DNA from: Octopus vulgaris
Taxonomy: Eukaryota
DNA length: 64,000 nucleotides
Direction of reading: 5' to 3'
Assembly: GCA_951406725.2 (NCBI GenBank)
Contig: OX597815.1
Location: forward strand, 167,834,001-167,898,000
How positions within the stretch are numbered: position 1 is the stretch's first letter; each line of letters begins with the position of its first letter. The notes under the pieces are model-generated. The model was not told the DNA's origin, did not search any database, and saw only the letters and a list, made by a program, of their open reading frames with translations. This document shows positions 54,459 through 64,000 of this stretch, one piece after another. The position numbers were made by a program, and so were the translations under genes.

Positions 54459-55530
54459 AGTATAAAGCAACTTGCGACTAAGCCGAACTTCATACTTTTT
54501 TCTTTCTTAATGGTCTTAAAATGTACACTTTCCAGCATATATTTTATCTCTAGTTTTCTCTTTAACTGTCCATGTATTAAATATGTCAAGACTAACTTAG
54601 ATATCTTAATCTAAAACCTAATTCAATAAGTTACTCGATTTCAACCAAGGGTGACCTTGATTTTGCTTCTTATTATACGGTTTTAAGTGAAACAACAGTT
54701 TCAAATCTGGCCGATTTTTCCGGCAGGTATTAAACCATTCACTGCGTAATTAGATTTCATGGTCATTCCTGTAATGATGTTAATTAAACCAAAAAATACA
54801 ATTGATATTTTCTGTTTCTGCCATGCATTTTCAGTATCCCTTGTTAGTACAGGTTTCATGTCTACCACTAAAAGTATTTGATACTTTCTCTGTAAATAGA
54901 TATTTGATGAAATATCTATCTGAAAAATTGTCTTTTGTAAAAAAATGTCAATAGAGATGGCTCCGCTTCATGCAGTATAAAAAGGGAGTTTATTTATTTA
55001 TTTATTTATTTTGTAAACTCACGGGGTCAAACCGTTTTCCTCAATTAAAGCTAATACAATTTTGAGCGGATATAGCCGTTTTCCGCGTTGAAAGGGTTAT
55101 ATCAACTCGGTCCTCAGTAATTCTTTATCACACGTATAATTACAAAAATCTACAAACGATTGCTGACCGAAACATTAGTTTTATATGCATGACTTCTAAT
55201 TATAATCATGTGTGAGAGAGGGGAAGTGAAAGAGACAGACAGACTGGCACATAAACAGGCAGAGAGAGACAAAAAGAGCGAAAGAACGAAATAGAGAGAA
55301 ATAGATCGGAAAGAGAAGTGGGAAAGAAAAGTCTGAGAATATATCGTTGATAATATACGCATGCATATCTCCTCCATTAGACAGTTAATTGACACAGTCG
55401 TTGGAGAGCGTGGGTTAAAAAGCTTTGTGGTAGTTGTTTCGACAGTCTGTGCTTAAAGTTCAAATCCCACCGAGCGCTCCGCTTTGCCTTACATTCATTC
55501 GACATCAGTAAAATAAGTACCAGCTTGGTA

Positions 55531-56064
55531 AATTCTTTTCTACTCTAGACACGAGGCCTGAAATTTTGGAGGAGGGGCCAGTCGATTAGATCTACCCCGA
55601 AAAGATGAAAGGCAAAGTCGACCTCGGCGTAAAGACAGACGAAATACCTATTTCTTTACTACCCACAAGGGGCTAAACACAGAGGTGACAAACAAGGACA
55701 GACAAACGGATTAAGTCGATTACATCGACCTCAATGCGTAACTGGTACTTAATTTATCGACCCCGAAAGGATGAAAGGCAAAGTCGACCTCGGCGGAATT
55801 TGAACTCAGAACGTAAAGACAGACGAAATACCTATTTCTTTACTACCCACAAGGGGCTAAACACAGAGGGGACAAACAAGAACAGACAAACGGATTAAGT
55901 CGATTACATCGACTCCAGTGCACAACTGGTATTTTATTTATCGACTCCGAAAGGATGAAAGGCAAAGTCGACCTCGGCGGAATTTGAACTCAGAACGTAA
56001 CGGCAGACGAAATACTGTTAAGCATTTCGTTCGGCATGCTAACGTTTCTGCCAGCTCGCCGCAT
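55531..56064 (-). mobile_element. SINE family A trimer with 13-bp TSD
   Basis: TACCAGCTTGGTA at 55518-55530 and 56065-56077; head, two long-tail units and one deleted short-tail unit. Confidence 0.92.
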
Positions 56065-56493
56065 TACCAGCTTGGTATATTGGAACGGCAAATGATATGC
56101 CTCGCGGTATCATTTCAAGTTTTTGCTTTCCGTCAACGATGCCTGGGATGACATTGATACCAAACTTGTCTTTCTTTTAAACAACATCGGTAGCAATAAG
56201 TGGGAAAGCTTGAATGCATGGGCAACTGCTCGTCTCTCATGCAGAAGAAATAATACTTTGACCAGATTTACACTTTACTGAATATTTCTGAGGCAGATAC
56301 ACAGATACTCTACAACAGACGATAAATGACTATATATATAGCCTACTGACTTATAATATTACCATCCCAGGGGCAATGTTTTGGTATCAAGGGACATGAT
56401 TCTGAACTCAATGCTATACTCGTTCCGTTTCATCATCTCTTTCACAGCAAGCACACGCCGGATGTGTCTATTCTCCTCTAACAATAGAAAGCA

Positions 56494-56617
56494 GTCGCCA
56501 TATTTCATTCTATATCGACTACCTCTGATGAGCGCAGGGTTACATAATCGCATTCTTACCTAACACACCATTGAATCCCTAGCGGGAAACTGATTGGTGG
56601 CTGGGGGAATCGGCGAC
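56494..56617 (+). ncRNA. Decayed type I hammerhead-like motif with long stem II
   Basis: CTGATGA at 56525, GCGCAGGG...CCCTAGCGG stem, GAAAC at 56586, distal GTCGCC/GGCGAC pairing; cleavage triplet and stem I imperfect. Confidence 0.45.
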
Positions 56618-56662
56618 CGTAATGGATATATAATATTGTATACTCCGGATAATATACATATG

Positions 56663-56726
<64 letters not shown>

Positions 56727-56765
56727 AGCGATTATAATTATTTTTATTTTATCGCAATTTGATTT

Positions 56766-56809
<44 letters not shown>

Positions 56810-58483
56810 TTATCTACGTATGTATGTATTCATGACTGCTATTTCTAGCAGCAAACCGTCGTTAGCTCGTATTCTTGTTTAACAGCCCTAAGTGTGTAAC
56901 CCTCAGTATTTATATATTTATATATATAAATATATTTCACTGAGGGTCGCTAAGGTTACGATCTAGAATTCCCTTTGGATTCCTAACTTCCCATCAGGTG
57001 TCCACTATGTCCAATATCTTGAAACCATGGTGTTATTGAGCAACAGAAGCCTACTGAATAAAAGAGACCACCGATTGTTTCAGCGTTTTTTTGGCAGATT
57101 GCATTCAAATCAACCTACTTACAAGAAGCGACTTTATTTATTTGTATTCACGTCAAAACATTACAATGTTGAGACTACCTTCGTCTACCTCACTTTTTCT
57201 TTCATTCTTGTCTTATATATATCTCTATCTATATATCTTTAACTCTCTCTCTCTCACTCTCTCTTTCTCTCTCCACCTCTCTCTCTCTCTCTCATCTTGC
57301 CTTTTATGTATTCTTTATTACACATATTCATTGCTGTTTTTTTCTCTTTCTTATCAAAATATTTCTTCAATCACTTCGTTATACGTCTAACTGCTTTATT
57401 TCATACTTATCTTTATTTCCTCTTCTTGTTCTCCATTTCTCTTTCTCCCTTTATACCTCTCTTTCTTTCATTCTTTCTCTCTTTATCTTTCTCATTCCTT
57501 TTTCTCTCTTTCTCTCACTCTTTCCTTCCTTCTCTCTATCTTTCCCTTTTCTTATACTACCCTCGTTATTTCTTCTTTCTCTCTCTTTCTATCTTTCTCT
57601 CCCCCCCCCCCTCTCTCTCTCTCTTTCTCTTTCCTGGGCTTCATTCATTCTTTTGGTTATACTCTCTATTATTCAACATCACAACTTACTTTCCTTGTCG
57701 TTAATATCAGCTGTTTTCTTTTTTCTATCCTCAAATTCTCTTACTCTTTCTCCCCACTCTGTATTTTATACTCACCATTCATTTTTTCTTCTTCTTCTTC
57801 TTCTTCTTCTTCTTCTTCTTCTTCTTCTTCTTCTTCTTCTTCTTCTTCTTCTTCTTCTTCTTCTTCTTCCTCTCACTCTCCATTGGCTCTCTTTCCACTC
57901 ACTACCTATCGTTATTTACTCTTTTCTTCCTTTATAATCTTGTTTGTTTATAATTATTTATTTCTCTGTAACAGTTAACACACACAATCACACACAATCC
58001 CACATGCATACACACACACACACAAACAAATACACACATGCACACACACACAAACACACACACACGCTGGTACATTTATACGTGTGAATATGAGAAAACG
58101 CTTAGTCATCACTAGCAAACAGGTATGATCAGGTACTTTGTACCAGGCTTTCGCAATTAGCATTAAGCAATACGAACGATCAAATCCATTGAAACTTCGT
58201 GATCCAATGAAACTTCGAATATGCGAAAGCTGAAGACAGCGATAACTTCACCAGCAGTCGACAAATACTGAATTTCATCAATGTACACTGGAGCAACAAG
58301 AAACGATGTGCCTTGCTCAAGGTCACGATGCCCCGCCCAATCCAGAAATCGCACCCGCGACCTTATGATCGCGAGCCTTAATAACTTAACACCTTAACCA
58401 CTAGGTCACACGCCATGACCTAGTGGTCACGTATGAGCATTCACACAGAAAAAAATACAATAATTGCAATAATTACCCTTGAG

Positions 58484-58862
58484 GGTAATAAAGAAACATA
58501 TCTCGTCTGGCATTACGTTCTGAGTTCAAATTCCGCCGAGGTCGACTTTGCCTTTCATCCTTTCGGGGTCGATAAGTTAAGTACCAGTTACGCATTGGGG
58601 TCGATGTAATCGACTTAATCCGTTTGTCTGTCCCTGTTTGTCCCCTCTGTGTTTAGCCCCTTGTGGGTAGTAAAGAAACATATTTCGTCTGGCATTACGT
58701 TCTGAGTTCAAATTCCGCCGAGGTCGACTTTGCCTTTCATCCTTTCGGGGTCGATGAATTAAGTACCAGTTACGCACTGGGGTCGATGTAATTGACTTTA
58801 TCCGTTTCTCTGTCCTTGTTTGTCACCTCTGTGTTTATCCCCTTGTGGGTAGTAAAGAAATA
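58484..58862 (+). mobile_element. Headless tandem SINE family A units
   Basis: Two ~182-bp units, each preceded by TAAAGAAACATAT.TCGTCTGGCATTACG. Confidence 0.9.
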
Positions 58863-59470
58863 GATAAAAATATCTCATGATTTCCACTCTCATACTATAC
58901 TTTCTATATTTTTTTTAAACTTTACAATTAATTGACAGTATTGGAGTTATCTAGCTGATCTATTTTATTGTACATTTTGAACACAAGTTCAAGGAATTTT
59001 TTACTCTGAATTTTGTAGTTACAGTTAATTGGAACTTTCACTATCGAATTTGTGTTTTATGATAGGGTACACTATGTTCCTCTAGATACTTTTTCTCCAG
59101 TCATTCTGTGTTACGTGTGTGTTGTAGTGTGTATATACATGACTGTATATATTTACATATATATATATGTACATACATATATATATATATATATATGCGT
59201 GCACGCATGCGCGCATACACACATACATACATAAATACATACTTGCATGCATACATACATACATACATACATACATACATACATACATACATACATACAT
59301 ACATAGAAATACGTATGTATGAAAATGTATGTGTGTGTGTGTGTGCATGTGTCTCCATGACGTCTCAGAATGCTTGTTAAAACTATGTTAGTTCTCCAAA
59401 CGAGTCTCCCAAAAATTAAAAAGTAAAAGAGAAAAAACAACAACCTGTATAATTCAGATACCATTGACAC

Positions 59471-59504
<34 letters not shown>

Positions 59505-59959
59505 TCACCACCACCACACCGTAGAACATCACATCATATTTCTCCTCACACCACTCTCCCACGTCTCCTTCATTCAAATAAACAAATATGATATCCCACC
59601 GACCTCCCCATATACATGCGTTACCTCTACCTTCAAAATACAACACCACCACCAACGAAAATAACGGCTATCAACAACAACAAGAAAAATAACAAACACG
59701 CAATATAAAATACCTTACCAAAAAAATATTTCCAACAAATTTCAAAAGTAAAATTGTCTCGTATATATTTAACCTTTTGGCTTTGTTCAACATAAACATT
59801 CTCAGATTATTTACCGAAACTCTTGGCATAATACACATTGTTGCTGCTGCCCAATCTTGAAGGTTTGTGGCATTCGTTTCATTTTTTTTTCCTTATATTT
59901 CACGTTGATGATTATGGCTTCGTTTTACTTTTGTTTTGGCTTTTATTTATTTATGTATT

Positions 59960-60009
59960 TTTATTATTATTTTTAATATTAATATTATTACTATTATTAT
60001 TATTATTAC

Positions 60010-60057
<48 letters not shown>

Positions 60058-60111
60058 GGTTATTATTATCATTATTATTATTATTATTATTATCATTATT
60101 ATTATTATCAC

Positions 60112-60153
<42 letters not shown>

Positions 60154-60170
60154 TATTATTATCATTATTA

Positions 60171-60219
<49 letters not shown>

Positions 60220-60270
60220 CACTATTATTATTTTTAATATTAATATTATTACTATTATTATTATTATTAC

Positions 60271-60315
<45 letters not shown>
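59960..60315. repeat. (ATT)n microsatellite
   Basis: Directly visible. Confidence 0.97.
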
Positions 60316-60316
<1 letters not shown>

Positions 60317-60839
60317 TTGTTTTGTTTTGTGTGGAGTTTTTTCTTTTTTACTTCTCCCTTTTATTGCAAAGACTTCGCAGCCAGTGGTGTTCCTGCCGTG
60401 AGTAATGAAACCTTAAAATAACATTTTCTCATCGGTTTCGAAATTAGACCAAAATAACAACAAAAAAAGAAATGAAATGAAATAAAATAAAATATAACCT
60501 ACCCAGGAGTGGCCATCGAACTATTTTCTAATGCCACGGTATGGTATGCGCATGCGCACGTGTGAAAGAGCGTGTGCTTGTGTATATTGTATAGATAAAG
60601 AAAGAGAGAGACCGTGCACGCATCTGTGTTTTGACTATTTGAAAGTATATCTGTGATTTATGTATTTGGATATAAGTTATATTTATCATATTTCTATGAT
60701 CACACACACGCGCGTACACACACACATACACACGCGTACACACACACACACACATCCACAGAGGAACATATATAAGAAAGGGAAAGATCGAGAGAGAGAG
60801 GGGGGGCCAAGCGGTAAGCAGACTGACAGACAGACAGGC

Positions 60840-60882
60840 ATGTAGGTATGTAGGTATGTAGGTAGGTAGGTAGATAGGTAGG

Positions 60883-60974
<92 letters not shown>

Positions 60975-61240
60975 CAGACAGATAAATAGAGATAGATAGA
61001 CAGACAGACAGATAAATAGAGATAGATAGATAGACAGACAGATAAATAGAGATAGATAGATAGATAGATAGATAGATACATGCATACATACATATGTTCA
61101 TACATACGTACGTACTTACATACGTACATGTATGCATACTTACATACGTACGTACATATATACACACGTACATACATGAATACATACATACATACATACA
61201 TACATACATACATACATACATACATACATACATACATACA
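60840..61240. repeat. (GGTA)n/(GATA)n/(CATA)n compound microsatellite
   Basis: Directly visible. Confidence 0.97.
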
Positions 61241-61919
61241 TAGAGATAGATAGAGAACGCGGGAGAGAGAGAGAGCAAGAACGATGGACGACAAGAAAGA
61301 CAGCTAAAGCGTTAGGCACACCTGTGTAGAGAGATCATGAGTCTGTTTGTATGTATAGCGAAAGAATGATCCTCACGTCATCTACCTTATTTGTATTAGC
61401 GGTTTATTTTGATATGTGTATATAGTATATGTGTCTATTTAGTAAAATTATACACTAGCTCATACCCCACCACACACATCGTTCACAACACGCATGAGTG
61501 TATATTTGTCTGTTTTTTGTGTATGTATTTGTATGTATGTAAATATATTCATGACACCGCCAGTTTTCCGCAAAATGTAGATACATAAGCACACATATAC
61601 GTAGATAACCATACATCTCAAGTGGGTTTTCAAGCTGTCGTAATAGACGACACGAGCCGGCTGCCAGAGGAGTAGCTATCATTGTTTCAGTAACAACAGT
61701 TTTGGAAATTAAGAGCAATGAATTCTCATATGTAAGACACTTGAGTTGGTTTTGAAACCAGTAAAAACAATTAGAGAGTGATGGAGTAGGTCAGACGAGT
61801 ATAAGGCGTAGATACTAATAACAGATTCTAGACACTGGCAGATATGTGATGCGAGGGTCATATTGAAAAATGGAAAAGTTCTGAGAGTCATAATAAGCAA
61901 ATCTTATATTTAGATTAGG

Positions 61920-63493
61920 CACTAAAAAAATTCAGTAAAATTACCAATATCAAAGGAACTCAAACGAAATTTATACTGAATAAAATATATTATACCTGCA
62001 AACATCATACAAATTTGGAACACAAAGCAATAAACATTTTCAAACATATGAAGAAAATATTAATTTTTAAACGATATTAAAATATGTACACCCTAAAGGA
62101 TTATTTGCTATTTTCAATATTTGGTGTGACCGCCCTTGCTTTCAATGACTGCATCAAGTCTTCTGGGCATAGAGTCGACTAAATTTCTGCATATGACCAA
62201 TGAAATCGACCTCTATTCACCCTAAATGAATGTGTTTCGACTGTGTTCCATCGTGGAGTTTTTCTTTTCAACCTTCCATTTCAAAACACCCCACAGATGT
62301 TCTGTTGATTTTCAATCATGCAACATGGTAGGCCAAAGCAATACCTTTACATTTATTATCTAATAAAACTTAGTCGTCATCTTTGAAGTGTGTTTAGGGT
62401 CATTATCATATTGGGACACTGAATGTCTTCCTAGTTTCTTGATACTATTCAATATTGTTTTCTGCAATATGTTACAATATAACCTTGAACACCAGCCGCA
62501 CTCAAGCATCCCCAAAGCTTAGCACTTCCGCCGCTGTCTTTAACAGTAGGCACGGTGCATTTGTCACTATTATCTTCACCTGGTCGTCGCCATACTCGTT
62601 TAATAACATCTGACCCAAACAAGTTGACTTTAGTCTCGCCAGAGAAAAGAATTTTATTCCCAAACTCTTTCCCCTTACTCACATAAGTTTTGGCAAAAGA
62701 AGGACGATTTGATTTATGCATCGTGGTGAGGATAGTCTTCCTACGAGGAATATGTCCAGGAAGACCACACTGGTTCAAACTTCAGCGAACTGTCTGGGAG
62801 TTTACACTCTTTCGACTAACAGAAGATATTTCTTGGGCCGAAGATGAAGCGGTACGACGCCTGCCATCCATCACGCAACGTTGGATGAGGCGAACATCAC
62901 CAGCTGTCCAAATAGAAGGACGACCTGGTCGATGTTTATTGCTTAGCCGTTCAGTAGCTTTGTACTTCTGAATTATTTTGGTAACTATGTTTATGCCAAT
63001 ATGTATTCGTTTGCTAATTAACTTGTATCCTAAACCATTCTTGCACAACTTAGAAATAATTCTCTTCAAATCTTCAGGCAATTCTTTCCCTTTTGGTGCC
63101 ATTTTAATTACAATCAAGAAGATTTTCACCATGGTACACAAATCAGAATCCCTGCAGATGCAGTAGCAATGATCGGTGCAAAAATATCAGGAGAAATAAT
63201 TTATTAGAATTAAAATTATCAGCAGTACCTGAATTTAGTAAAAAAAAGGTGGATAAAATATTGAATATAGCAAATTTCCATTAGGGTGTACTTATTTTTG
63301 TAACGTTTGAAAATTAATACTTCGTTCATATCGTTGAAAATGTTTATTGTTTTGTGTTCCAAATTTGTATAATGTTTGCATGTATAAAATATTTTATTCA
63401 GTACAAATTTCGTTTGATATTCTTCGAATTTATCAGACTAATGGCAATTTTACAGAAAATTTTTAGAGGTGTACATACTTCTGTAAGATACTG
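61920..63493 (-). mobile_element. Near-complete Tc1-like element with long IR/DR-type terminal repeats
   Basis: 63280-63493 is the inverse of 61920-62100 (outer ~28 bp of that end missing), ends ACTG|TA, GTACACC motif repeated at both ends of the IR. Confidence 0.93.
62114..63102 (-). pseudogene. Tc1-like (DD34E-type) transposase pseudogene
   Basis: MAPKGKELPEDLK...GYKLISK...RPGRP, ILFSGETK, QYDNDPKH, TEHLW, ESKGGHTKY*; frameshifted. Confidence 0.93.
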
Positions 63494-64000
63494 TATATGT
63501 GTATGTGTGTGTGTGTGTGTTTGTAACGTTCTGTACCCATATATGCATATATATGTGTGTTTGTGTGTGTGTATGCATATATATATATTATTTATATCAT
63601 TATTTGATTGAATGCCATGCGCCCATTTCCAAGTAAGTTTACCTTAATCTTTTTGATGCGACTCAACCCTATACTGCCCTATCCCTCTATCGTTTCATCT
63701 CTCATCCTTTCTCTAATTCCGTTTTTCTCCCCTTCACCGTTCTCTATCTCACTCCCTCTCTCTCTCTTTCTCCTTTACTCCCACTTGTTGTTCACACGTG
63801 ACCATCGTCCATCTTTCTTTTCCTCGCGTGATCATCTTTCTTTTCTTTTAGGGCTGTCCTAGAGGTTGGACGTATGGTGTTTTTTCTCTCTCTTCTATCT
63901 TTTCTCTTGCCAAAGAAAATATTTCTCCAGTGTTCGCTATTCTACCTTCGTTCTGGTTTAACGACCCTCCATGTTTGTTTTCGTTCGGTCTCCACTGTCC

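Noticed and set aside
58484-58862. CRISPR-like repeat array
   Set aside because: Long tandem SINE units without unique spacers; eukaryotic context, no cas genes

Overview
AT-rich, microsatellite-saturated eukaryotic non-coding DNA. The repeat repertoire (tRNA-head SINEs, Tc1/mariner, Helitrons, long ATGT/AAT/GATA tracts) looks like a coleoid cephalopod, most likely Octopus; this is inference from pattern recognition, not a database match. No intact host gene is visible, and nearly all ORFs in the track are translations of microsatellites or SINEs. DNA elements: two full-length decayed mariners, one near-complete IR/DR Tc1 plus a deleted sister copy, a DD37D-type fragment, a Tigger/pogo derivative, a probable hAT relic, three MITEs and three non-autonomous Helitrons. 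Retroelements: one certain and one probable solo LTR, 3' ends of CR1-like, L1/Tx1-like (two) and R4/Dong-like LINEs, and dozens of SINEs. Most notable: (1) an intact minimal type I hammerhead ribozyme inside a 289-bp terminally redundant unit (retrozyme or Penelope-like), with several decayed hammerhead-like relics elsewhere; (2) a circularly permuted inverted pair at 20.9-21.3 kb; (3) a multimer-forming SINE whose 3' tail matches the Tx1-like LINE; (4) retroelements embedded in microsatellites; (5) a decayed Kunitz-like exon; (6) a possible mitochondrial control-region insertion. All alignments were done by eye; boundaries without a TSD or TIR are approximate.
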